Origin: Camelus ferus | Taxonomy: Eukaryota | Assembly (NCBI RefSeq): GCF_009834535.1 | Contig: NC_045697.1 | Location: 60,142,001-60,206,000 of the forward strand | DNA length: 64,000 nucleotides | Reading direction: 5' to 3' | In this document: positions 13,500 to 25,479 of the stretch, one piece after another | Position numbering within the stretch: the stretch's first letter is position 1 | Layout of the letters: every line of letters starts with the position of its first letter | Made by a program: the position numbers and the translations under genes | The notes under the pieces: model-generated | The model's input: the letters and a program-made list of their open reading frames with translations, nothing else | Databases searched by the model: none | Told to the model about the DNA's origin: nothing

Positions 13500-13830
13500 T
13501 GTGAGGTCAAAACAGACCCCACCACGGAAAATGTTGCTTGACTGTCAAGACTGATAATACTACACATGTACCAGAAAAGTGTGAAAAAAGTTTATTACTC
13601 ACAAAATGAGACTTTCTGGAGAAAGTAGAGCAGACTTCCAAGCAGGTTTGAAAATAGCTTGAGAGAGTAGAGAGGGAAGACTGGTTTGGGTTTCATTTTG
13701 TTTAGGAGGTGGGGCCAGTGAGGATTCCATACATGGGCTTGGATTTGCATAATTTGTTGACACCAAGGGAAGGGTGTGAAAGGTTTCTTATCACCTTGTC
13801 CAGATGTGGAGCAAAGGGTTTTGAATAAGG
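13500..13830 (-). mobile_element. ERVL-class LTR fragment (MER76-like, family uncertain)
   Basis: Reversed polyA signal in 'aagtttattactcacaaaatgagactttctggagaaag', followed by a purine-rich U3-like segment. Confidence 0.55.
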
Positions 13831-15611
13831 AGTCTAGTCTCTTTGTATTCGCTTTTAACTTTTGTTAACTTCAACCAAAGTTCATTAAGTAAATGACATC
13901 ACAAGAACTGCAGCCTCTTTATAAATACCTCTGGAAACTCCTAAGAGCTGGTAACACACCATTATAATACCTTCCTGTTCACAAGAGCACTTGAACATTG
14001 TTCACAAGCATCTTATTGACCCCGGTACTGTTCCAAATACACAATTTCATTGATATACTGCATCATGTGAGTTATTTAGATGCTTCCAGAATGTTATGGG
14101 GATACCTGTTATGAAACAGTCTGTGTACTCAACCACTTAGATCACTACCATAAGTTCTCATGGGACACCTAACTCTTAGAGTAATTCTTCCTAGAGTTTT
14201 CTTACTTAAGATAACTCTTGCTACTCAGAAATGATAGTTTCATTGTTAGATTTTTTTAAGGAATTTGAATACAGGGATATTACAGAGGTATTAGTGGCAA
14301 CATGCCGGTCCATCATCTGATTTAAACACACCGCCTACTTATTCTACTTTTTAGGTTTTACCATTCTTTTATCGCCATATAAATACATATAAACTAAAAT
14401 CGTAAATTAATTAATTTGCCAGTTGTCATACAGAGACGTGACATAGCTTGCTTTTTAACATTGCTCATAAACAAATATTGCTTATTTATAATTCCTGTGT
14501 TGTTAGCACAGAAGAACTGAATAAGACTTTAACTTACAGCTTTAAAGAATAAATTGAGTATGTTTACTCAAGTATAGCAACTACAGAAATTACTTGAAGG
14601 TTAATTCATTTATTTCCCAGGCAAGAAGTTGAATTAAGAACCTCAAACCATCAAATGGATCAAATGAACAGTATTGATTTAACCCTCCTGCAGAGATGCT
14701 CAGCACTAAGAAGTATTCAACAGAAATACCATCATGTTTCATTATAATATTGCCCTCACATTTAAAAATAAGTAAAATATTTTTCTTCCCTGTGTTATTT
14801 ATGGATTATAAACATTATAATAACTTTGCATCTTTTCCAACTGCAGTACCATTTAGTCTTGCTCGTGTAAGTATACTCAACTCTATTACTATTTGGAATT
14901 GTATTTATCTGAAAGTCCATGGAACCAATTAGCTTGAGAAAACTTATACTGGATATCATATAAAAACACATGTTAAGGATTGCCTAAAAAGCTATGCGAA
15001 ATGTGTAGATGGGTAGTGTTTATCTTTTTAGATTACACAAGACAGGTTGTAGACTCCCTAGTGAATGATAACAGCTCCCTCACTGTATTCTCAATCTACA
15101 ACACAAATATGGATTTTTATGTCTGTTATCTTATGGCCCTGATAGATGACGTATTCCAGAATGTTTGTTACCATATATGTGCTAAATACAAGTTTAAGAG
15201 GTTTTTTATTTTTTAATAGCCTTCTATTATAATTATTTCAATACTCTTCAAATATGAATAGATTTCACCGTTCGTTCTGTCTCTCAGTTTTTAATACTGC
15301 TGAGTATTGCTGGAGAATATCGTGAAACTTTAATTTTTCCAAAATAATTTATACTTAATGAAATCAGCCATTTCCCCCTCTCCCCAAAAGATGCTAAGCA
15401 TTTTTTCTCAGTTTGTTTATTATTAACTGTTGGTCACATTTCCTATTGCATATATTTGTTCCTTTTATTTTTATTTTCCCCCTCTCAACCCCTAGGTTTG
15501 GAACTTTTCACTTGCTAAAGATGTTGGTTAAATTCTGTATAAGCTTCATCTAATATATGTGTGTGTATGTATGTGTGCATGTGTGTGTGTTCTGATCATT
15601 TCTATTCAGCA

Positions 15612-16084
15612 TGTTGATATAGGAGGGATTCCCCACCCTAAGTAGTATGAGATTGTCAAACACACAATACCCTACACTGGACAAATGACATTGACCACAG
15701 TTTATTAGACACATATATCCATAGCATAAGGGGAGGACAACACTGCACAGCACACAGGCCACAGTGGGATTGTACTCAGGATTATAGTGAACCAGCAGGT
15801 GCTACGGGAGCCAGGCTTTGTAGTAACAAGGTAATGAGGTACCCCTCAGTTCCTGTAGAGTGGATGTGAGTGGATTCTTTAAATAACAGGGAAGTAAAGT
15901 CCATCAGACTGAGGACTGGATTAGGTGCAGCTGTTCTGGTTGGTAGGGGAGCTAACCTTGTGGGGATCCTTTCCCACTGGGTGAGGGATGTATTTGGTAA
16001 GAATAGGGGAACTCATGTTTAGGCCTTGGGGGCCCTTTGAGGCTCAAATATTTTATGGCAACACTTGAAATTTTGGGCCTTATG
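15612..16084 (-). mobile_element. MER74/MER73/LTR53-group ERVL solo LTR
   Basis: 'cagtttattagacacatatatccatagcataaggggaggacaacactgcacagcacacaggccacag...gtgaaccagcagg...aggctttgtagtaacaagg'. Confidence 0.7.
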
Positions 16085-18069
16085 CTATAGTATGTATGTA
16101 TCTTCAACTATTCCTTCTTTTTAATTTGAGCACAGATAAAAAGGTGTTTCCTTATTTTGAAATCCCAGCCCTTTAATGTTCCTCCCTTGTCATCTCTTGC
16201 CAAATCCCTGGAACTACTTTTCAACAATTGGCTCTCTTGCATCATTGGTATCTCCAAGATCACACATACAGCCACATGCCTCCTCCTAACTTTTTCATCA
16301 CTTAGAATAGAGGAATAAAAGCATGGGATGTGAATTCCAAAGACAAACTTTCGTGAAACAACTCCACAAAGCTTTTGATACATGACCTCATCTTTCATTA
16401 TTCCTACCCACCTTGGCTATCCTGAGATGAATTAGTAGGATAAACTGAACTACTGCAATGACAATAACAAAAAAATTAACTTAAAACATAAAGAACAACT
16501 TATCCCTGAAGAAAATATCAGATGTGATTGGTGGAAGATCTATTCAGTGATTTAGATGGCCTAGACTCTCTTCGTTTTGTAATGCCCAGTCTCAACCTGT
16601 GGCCTCTGCCTTGTATAAGCAATAAACAAGAAGAGTGGAAGAGATGTCACATTTTGTAACCTGTCCCTGCCAGACAGTGACACACGCCATTTGCATTCTA
16701 TTTGTCCTTAGTTAGAAACCTGATTCCAGCCCATTTAGAATGGAGGTTATAACATGGGGAAACACATGGAATATTGGCTGAAGAGTAACATTCCATTTAC
16801 TGTTTTCTACTACAAATGCTGCTCCAGAGATTATTACATCCCTTTAGATGTTGAATTTTTACTTGACTTTTATAAAATCATATTTTCTATAAGTTAAAAT
16901 ACCACATTGTATAAGATTTTTGAGAATTTTCCCAGAGGATGACACTGAGCTTTTTCAGCTAAGAAAATCACAGTGGAAGCTATGCTTTCTGGAAAAGACT
17001 TAACTCCAAAGAGTGTTTAACATAATGTTATCAATAATAAAGAAAAATAAATGCTTTTCAGGAGAAAATATGAATAATGATGATGATAGTTAATTATTTT
17101 CCCTGACTTACAAATCACATGTTGGCTCATTTTATTATGATTAATTTGAACATGGACGTTACAGAGAAATCTGCAAGAACTGCTCTTCAGACAAATTTTT
17201 TGACTGTCTGGAAATTCCAAGGAAAGCCTTTTATCACAGTGCTAGAACAGCAAGACCTCAGTCATGTAATGGTGCTGCTTTCATGAAGTGAAAGATCACT
17301 ACATTTCTCACTTCTTCCTGAGAAAGCTTTGTTCCTCAAGCCTATTTCAGTTACTCGTTCATTAATTTTCTTTAATTTACCACTGAGTCGAACATTGTGG
17401 GCTTAAAATACAGATATTTGAAACTGTTCCCTTTTCATTACAGTTTGAGCAAAGATAGAGCATCAGGGGGCACATAAAAATTCACCCAAAATCTTGTACT
17501 TAAACACAACTCATCCTCATACAACAGCTACAAACATTGTACTAAAATGACCTAAAATAAATAAAAGCCTCCTGTCATTTGCTGAATTGTATATGCTGTT
17601 TATAAATGGACCAGTGCATTTAAGCATCCCAAATCATCAGGATTTTGGCACACCATTGAGTGAATAAAACATAACTCTTAGTGAAGTGATTCTTTCCATC
17701 AAACTGGAAAGTTTTCTAAATATAAATTGTGTTACTGGATCAGTTGTTATACACTCATTATTTCACTATTTTCCAGATTAATTGCTTTATTCATTTTAGT
17801 CACAACAAAGCAAATCATGTTTTTTCTCCAAATTTCTTACAATGATACATATATCCTTTTGTACAAAAAATGCATTTTTCCTGTCTTGAAAGTGACAGTT
17901 TAAAATGGGTGCCATAATTGGCTAAGCAAAAGTGAATGTTCATTCTTAATCACAAAATGGATGGGTTTTCAGTGTTCTTCTTTCCTTGAAAGTTTACAGC
18001 CAAATATTTTGGCCATGATATATATGATTTTAACATATCTATTAGAGCCATTAACAGTAGTTTTTTTTT

Positions 18070-18420
18070 TCCCTTGTGCATTTGATTGTTTATTTTCTTA
18101 GGATAAATTTCTAGAAGCATAATTCCTAGGTTAAAGGATAAGCACACATTAAGGCTTTTTGATATATTTTGCCAAGTTGTTCTCCAGAAATAGTACATCA
18201 GTATATAGTCCCTCCCATTGAATATGAATGATCTTTTATTCTTTACCATCCTTTTCTTTTTAATCTTTGACATTCTCACAGTTGAAAATGGCATCACACA
18301 GTTGCTCTGATTTCTATTTCACTAATTACTAGTGAGGTTGAATGCCTTTTTAAAATATATTTACATGTACATCTATAATTTGTAATGGATTATCTGTTTC
18401 AGTGTTTAGTGTATTTTTTA
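18070..18420 (-). mobile_element. Old L1ME fragment (ORF2 end)
   Basis: 'ttcttaggataaatttctagaag...ttttgccaagttgttctccagaaa...ctaattactagtgaggttgaat'. Confidence 0.75.
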
Positions 18421-18425
18421 CATAT

Positions 18426-18673
18426 ATTATTGAAGTATAGTCAGTTTACAATATTGTGTCAATTTCTGGCATACAGCATAATTCTTCAGTCATACGTGAA
18501 CATTCATACATTGGTTTTCACATTCTTTTTCACCATAAGTTACTACAAGATATCGAATATAGTTTCCTGTGCTATATACAGCATGGATTTGTTTCTGTAT
18601 TCTATATGTGTTCTATAATTAGTGTCTGCAAATCTCGAACTCCCAGTTTATCCCCTCCCACTCCCTCCCCCTG
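18426..18673 (-). mobile_element. Young lineage-specific L1 3' end
   Basis: 'tattgaagtatagtcagtttacaatattgtgtcaatttctgg...gaatatagtttcctgtgctata...ctgcaaatctcgaactcccagtttatccc'. Confidence 0.85.
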
Positions 18674-18790
18674 TATAATAAATTTTAAAGGAGTATAATC
18701 TGTAAAAATACTGATCACCATGATGTACACCTGAAACTAAGACAATATTGTAACTCAACTATACATCAATAAAAAATAAAGTAAAATAAA
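18674..18790 (+). mobile_element. L1 3' terminal fragment with A-rich tail
   Basis: 'ggagtataatctgtaaaaatactga...tgtacacctgaaactaagacaatattgtaactcaactatacatcaataaaaaataaagtaaaataaa'. Confidence 0.85.
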
Positions 18791-19873
18791 ACCATCTCAA
18801 AATTTTAAAACAATTAAAGACTGTTATAAAAGAAAAAAAAAATACAGACTAGGAGTTGACCATGCTGACAAGGTGAAAAGTTAAAAAGGTGTTTTTCTCA
18901 GGAAGATTGAACATACAGGAAGTCATAAAAGAGTACCACCTCACAAAGTATAGGAATCCACACTTTGAGACAACCTACTGTGTTTTGTCATTGTTAGCTC
19001 ATTTAATTGTCTCAGAAACACCATGAATTTTTGAGTCACACTTTAGAACTAAGTAACTGAACTTCAGATATATTAAGTAACCTTCCTGAGATTGCATGTG
19101 TTGTAATGGCATGTATTGGTTGAGTACTGTTGAGTACCAGCAGACCTCACTGTCTGACTGCAGAACTCCTGCTCTATCCACTCACGCTTCCTTCCAGAGA
19201 TAACCCATTTTTGTTCTAATCTGCAAAGCACTTACATATTTGTTGTTTTATTTAATGCTCTGAGCACCCTTTAACAAGGTGATCACTCATGTTTCCTTTC
19301 CCTCTGGTGCTGCTTCTCCTTCTTGTGAGGAAAGGCTGCCAAATGCTGATCAGTCCAATGACTTATATTTCAAGGCATCTTTATAACATGATCTGAAATT
19401 TCTTCTATTCATTAAATATATTTCCAATTTTAGGTCACATCACTTCTGCCATCTTAGACCATAACATAAAATGGAGGTCCTTTGTTCAGCATCCTCTTAA
19501 AGGTTGTTCATTTGCTCTTGCCTAAACTTTTCTTGCACTATTTCTTTAATTCTCATTCTGTTGCACTGTGTCATCTAGAATCTTCAATTCACTGTGAATT
19601 TGTGAAATTAACTCTCCTTATAAATCCCATTCCTCTACCTTCACAATACCATTTCTCTACCGTTTGTACTACATGTAACTCCTCTCCAGCATATTGCTCT
19701 TCCTGCAGCTCTGGAAAGCTGATTATTTTCCCAGAAGCTGCAAAAGAATGGGCCAGAAGGTAATGCAACATTTTATTTTATTTTATTTTACTTTATTTTG
19801 GCTCAGATTGTTACTGCAAAGCTTTCTACAATGTATGCTATTTTTTTGACATTCAGATCATCTGATATTCTTT

Positions 19874-19880
19874 TTTATTT

Positions 19881-19917
<37 letters not shown>

Positions 19918-20014
19918 GTCATAGTCAATTTACAATATTGTGTCAATTTCCAGTGTAGAGCACAATTTTTCAGTTATACATGATCATATATATATTCATT
20001 GTCACATTCTTTTT
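19874..20014 (-). mobile_element. Very short 5'-truncated young L1 with (TTTA)n tail and an 11-bp target-site duplication (TSD)
   Basis: (TTTA)n tail then 'gtcatagtcaatttacaatattgtgtcaatttccagtgtagagcac'; flanked by tgatattcttt at 19863-19873 and 20015-20025. Confidence 0.85.
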
Positions 20015-22557
20015 TGATATTCTTTCCTAGTTGATATTATCTATTATTTCTTTTAACACATTGAGTAGTTTAACAAATTGTTTTGTGATCTTTCTTAACC
20101 ATTATCCTCCATCACTCACCCTCCATTCATGCATTCTCTTTCATTTCTAATCTGTTTAACCTACATCTTCCAAAAACTGTCTATATAAATCATTCATTCA
20201 CTGGATGATTTTCCATATTCAATCTAATAAATGTTTTATAATAAGGATATTTTTAGCAGAGAGATAAGAAGTGATACCATTCATAATGTAGTTTAAAGAG
20301 AACCAAGGAGGAAAAAAAGAAATATTTATATTTGTCATTATATGCACTGCATTTCCCAGTAGTATACCTTTTGTTTTGGGTAAATTTGTATAAATTTTAG
20401 CTTTCATTCTCTCAAACCAGCTGAAAATAAAAGGCATAATATAAAGACAATACATCCTATAGTCTTAATTTTCTCAGATATATTTATCTCTACAGTTCCT
20501 TTGTAATTCTTGATACACTGTTTTCTGAGGCCTTTCCTTTTTATCTGCTGTAGGTTAATTCCCATATCACTATGTTTATGTTGTATCTGGTAAATTTTTT
20601 ACATGAAGAACTTTTAAGTAAATTCTTAGTTAATGCATGTAACATTTTAGTTAAAACATTCATAAATTCATTTATTTCAGTTTCACTAATCTCCAAGCCA
20701 AAAATTCTCTCTGAAAAAATGTAAACTATCCCACTTTTCTTAAAAGACTTAACAGCCTTGTGTGACTTAGAAGTCTCACACGCTTTCATTAATTTTATAC
20801 AGTATACTACAGGACATTAGTTAGTATATTATGAAGTATTATCATAAATAATTAATAAAAGTAAATGAACAAAATATATTTTGTAATGATATTTCCTTCC
20901 TTCAATTTATTGTTTTTATCTTATTAATTCTGAGAATTCACTGTTTTCCATTGGGCCTCTCAGACATTAAAGAAAATTATTCAGATTCCACTGAATGCTT
21001 AATTGTCTGATTTCAGTTCCCATTTTCTTGCTATCTAAGTTAGTAATTTGCTATTCAGTTTTCAGACTGTAATGGACCAGACATGGTAACTTCCAAAGTT
21101 CTCCCATTGCTTATGGGAGTTTGGGGACACTATATAAATGACAGGATATATACAAAAATGTGCTTTTAACAGAGGCTGCCAAGTAGTGGGTTCTCAGTAA
21201 ACATTTTCTATTACACATGTTACTATTTCATAGAAAATAGTGACTCAGAAAGGAAAACAGCTCCTTCCAAGAAGAAGCTGGAAGTTGACAGAGATAAGTA
21301 AACTCTGAACTCAGCTCTGATTCCTCTAAGTTCGGGTACTTTTAATTAATTCACACCTAGTCACTATCAAAAGTGAGTATCAATGGGTTTCAAACCTAGA
21401 TCAGCTTAAATTTATGTTTTTATCTATTATTTATGATTAACTATCCACAGATTATGCAAATGAGAATCCAGCTATCATTTGATTAATTTGATCAATATCA
21501 GTCCATATCACTCAAGAGCCCATATGCATGATTCTTCCCTAAATAATGTAACACCATTGCTCTACTTAGTATAATTTATGTTAACATTTTGAGGAACATT
21601 TAAAAAAATTTTTAGTCGCTAGACTTATCTGCAAAGATGATCACACTTCCGATAATCAGTTTAATTTGCTTGTTCAAATAAAGTAATGAAAGTGATTGTG
21701 TAGGTAGATACAGTGGTGTATTGAAACAATCCTTCCAGTCTATTTTACCATTTTATCCAAGTAAAGAAAAATCCTTCTGACGAACTCTGTCAGCCACTCC
21801 ATCTCAACAATGCAATTGCTTTGTTACGTATGCAGTAGTTACATCTAGAGTCCCACTCTAGAAATCTCAATCAGTTTTTATTTAAGTAAAGTACATGTAT
21901 ATCAGGGGTGGATTATCAAATGTACAATTTTAATGTAAATATAATTTTTAAAAATTAAAAAATATTGTCAAACACATATTTCAATTCAGTTATTTAAGTG
22001 TGCTAAAACATGAATCACCACATATCTAAGTACATAAAAACCTTACGAATGGAGTTTCAGATTGGTTTCTGATACAGCTGTCACATAAGTTTTATTCTGA
22101 TTTCTTTTTCTGTGTGGTACAGCCACACTCACTGCTCAGTGACAGTCATTTTGTGACTACTTTCAAGTTATCTTTGCTACTCACCCATACCAATTTTCAT
22201 GGAGTCCTTGTTCCATAGTTCCTTTAGGACACTAAAAATACCATTTCAGTTTTCTCCTATCATAAACATCTGTGACTGGTCCATAAACTAGAGCAATACT
22301 TTTGAAACTAGTTTGATATTTAAACTTCTACTACAGTTGGATAATTAGCAGCTTACTTCCCTGGTGTAAATGCATACCTGTCTGTCTGCCTACAATCCAA
22401 ATGATGCAGTTACTTGGCTTAATTTGGCAACACTGAATGATAATTTAGTTTGTGGCTTGCTGTCAAAATAATGTGTGGACAGTAATTTTCAAGTGATCTA
22501 GTTGTGTTATTGTTTTTGTTTCTAGCACTTAAGGTACAGTAGTTCCTCAAATTTATT

Positions 22558-22745
22558 AGATTTGCAAATGTTAACCACTATATATAAAAATAGATTTAAA
22601 AAACAAGTTTCTTCCGTATAGCACAGGGAACTATGTTCAATATCTTGTAATAACCTTTAATGAAAAAGAATATGAAAATGAGTATGTGTGTGTGTGTGTG
22701 TATATATATACACATGACTGGGACATTATGCTGTACACCAAAAAA
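22558..22745 (+). mobile_element. Young L1 3' UTR fragment with internal (TG)n(TA)n
   Basis: 'gtatagcacagggaactatgttcaatatcttgtaataacctttaatgaaaaagaatatgaaaatgag...catgactgggacattatgctgtacacca'; closely matches the reverse complement of about 56955-57135. Confidence 0.9.
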
Positions 22746-24059
22746 TACTTAGATATTGTCAGAATTATAGAAATTCAATATATACTACAGTTTTTCCCCT
22801 TCTAATTTTTTAACAAAGTGATAAATAAGGCATGGGAGACGGGCAAATCATGATAAACTGTCAATCATCATTTTGATAACCTCCCTGAGGAATAAAGCTT
22901 TATTTTGTGGCCAAAAGGGCTAGTTACCACTACTGATTCTCATGCCTCATCTCACACAAGATGTGGGGAGAGCCCACCCAAACACAAGCTTAAATCAGCA
23001 GAGCTGAAACTGGTAGCCAGAATCACTTTCTCATGGCAACTCAAAGTAGAGGAAAGAAAAGAAAAATACTGTATTTCCCAGAGGTTGGTCCTTTTTAATA
23101 GTTTAAGTCCACCAAATACGATGTCACTTCTAAAAATTACATGCTTCTACTTGGTGAAGAAATGGAGCAAGGAAAAGGTCATTTCTTTCCTAAAAAAAAA
23201 AAAAAAAAAGGCTTACATTCAACAAGTAGAGTAGGAAGAAGTTGATGCCGTGTTAACTCATATGTGGTTGAGTTTGCTGTAGTATTAGAGATGGGATTGA
23301 ATTTTGTTGAATTGATTCTCTAGATAGGGACAAATGAGTTGAACTTTTTGAGTATATAAAGACTAATGAGAACTGAATTACCTCTCATTTCATTATTCAG
23401 AAAAGAGAAAGAATAGGTATTAAGCACCAGAACAAATAAGTGAGCCAACTGTCTACATTTCAACAATCTTACTAAATTTGAAATATATCTTTGAGCCTTC
23501 ACTCATATTTTAACACAACTATTATGTTGAGAACATGGAACTGGTCTGTAGTAATAATAATTTATTATCGTTATTATTGTAGAAAATAAATATTTTTGTA
23601 CTAATTAAGTTCTGTATTTCCTTTCTTTCAAAAGATCTTCTGATCATCTGGTTATACTTTAATAAAAATATTTGTGTAGGAGTTAGGTGAATTGGCCAAA
23701 GTAGGTCATCCATTTTGGTAAGCAATTTTTCCATCTGTGAATTTAGTTTAGTACTATGCTATAACTGGAAGCTTCATTTATTATAAAGGTAAAAAGTTAA
23801 AAAGGCAGTATGGAAAATATACATTTGAAAAAAGTGAATGAAACTGGAGAATGCTTTGTAGACCAATTAAATATTAGAGTAGCATGAAGAAGTATTACAT
23901 AAAACACTGATATTAAGAGTTTCAGTTATTCGGTTCAACTTGACACATTTTTAAGCATTGCTAGGTATCATTTACTAGAAATTGAAAGAAGGAAGTGCTC
24001 TGTAGGAAAGGTACAGATCATGAGGAAGAAAAAAATAGCTGGAAAAGGTAGCAATAGAA

Positions 24060-24530
24060 ATCAGAAGACTCCAGGTTTCTGGTGTGAAGACTGAATGGAT
24101 AGTGGCTCCACTATAGAAAATAACAAGAGAACATATATGTTTAGAAGGGGAAAATAAAATGTGTTCAAGTGTGGAAATGGTGATCTCACTCTAGATCACC
24201 CAGGAGGCAGGTTTGAAATTCAAGACAGAGGTCAAATTGTGAATAATGATTCTGGAGTCATCAACATGATAGTGAGAAGAGTGAGATGGAATGTGTGAAT
24301 ACCTGGGAATGAGAGGGGAAAGACAGATTCTAAGAACACTAACTTCTAGAGAAAAGCATTGACATAAAATACTGAGAAGAAATAGTGAGAAAACCAAGGG
24401 AGAATGGTGTCATATAAGCCATAAGAAGTAGTTTAGAGAGGAGAGGTCAAAGGCTATAAGTTGAGAGAGGTAAAATAAGAAAAGAATCAGGAAAAAAAGT
24501 TTATTACATTTATCAATTAGTTAATTATTG
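24060..24530 (-). mobile_element. L2 fragment
   Basis: 'gactccaggtttctgg', 'ctggagtcatcaacatga' and 'gaaaaccaagggagaatggtgtcat'. Confidence 0.75.
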
Positions 24531-25144
24531 GCATTGAAAGCTTAGATTTGGAATTATGGAGTCTTTCTATGCTATAGTTACTCTCCAACACAGGATGTTA
24601 ATCACTACTGTGGTTTTCTGTGGAAGAAAGCCCAGTTTGTTTCTGTATCCAAAATGGACAACAGAATGTTCTATATTAAAAATAAAACAGAAAACACGTT
24701 CCAGTCATTTTGTAAAACTGATGGATTAGCATTTAGAATAATGTGAAGTTTTTCTGGTGATGGCACTTTGATGTAATCATTGGAATAATGATTCAGTTTA
24801 TTCAATTTGTCCTCATTCTTCTTATGTATCAAGTAATCCTGATATCTGCTCTCCCTGTTTTCCAAGTGTAGTGAGAGGATTTTTTTTTAAATGATAATGC
24901 AACTAGAGAATGGCTTGTAAAGGACAGTTAAAATAATTTGCAACCTCAGTGGGTAAAACCAGGACTGATCATTTAAGAGAAATGTACAAGGACCCACCAA
25001 TTCTCTTTGAAAAGTAAAGACTGACAATTGGCATGCACAAAATGTCTGAAAAGAGAAAAATACACAGCATACAAACTATTCATTTACAGAACAGATAATA
25101 AGTTTAGAATTTGTTTACCTAAAAGGTAATATTGGCAGATAATT

Positions 25145-25250
25145 TGAGTGGGAACCATGTCTATTTTATGCACTGTCCACTTATTCCTTGGGGTTCTGCA
25201 TGTCTGACACATGCTCATTGATTAATTAGTATTTGTTGAATGAAAAGGAT
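25145..25250 (+). mobile_element. L2 3' end
   Basis: 'gggaaccatgtctatttt...tgtctgacacat...gtatttgttgaatgaa'. Confidence 0.65.
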
Positions 25251-25479
25251 GGTATACTAACTGTCCAAAGAGACAAATCTATCTGTTCTGTAATAATCAG
25301 GACTAATCTTATTATGATCTCTACACCTAATTATAGCAGTTCTCATATGAAGCCTAGGAGTCCCAGATCATCATCAGTCCCTGTATTCTTGTCTCAATAA
25401 AACTCTACTTTTTAATTATTATTATTTTTTTTTACCCAACTAATACTTCTAAATTTAAGGAACCATTCTACCATGCCAT

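Noticed and set aside
19735..19765. 25-nt AG...GT-bounded segment reading EAAKEWARR, reminiscent of E2 enzyme C-termini
   Set aside because: Too short, and the upstream sequence has no UBC-domain similarity.
21454..21461. Octamer ATGCAAAT (also near 8331, 13743 and 41737) and an RFX-like gtttcatagcaac at 11698-11710
   Set aside because: Isolated short motifs are expected by chance in 64 kb of AT-rich DNA.
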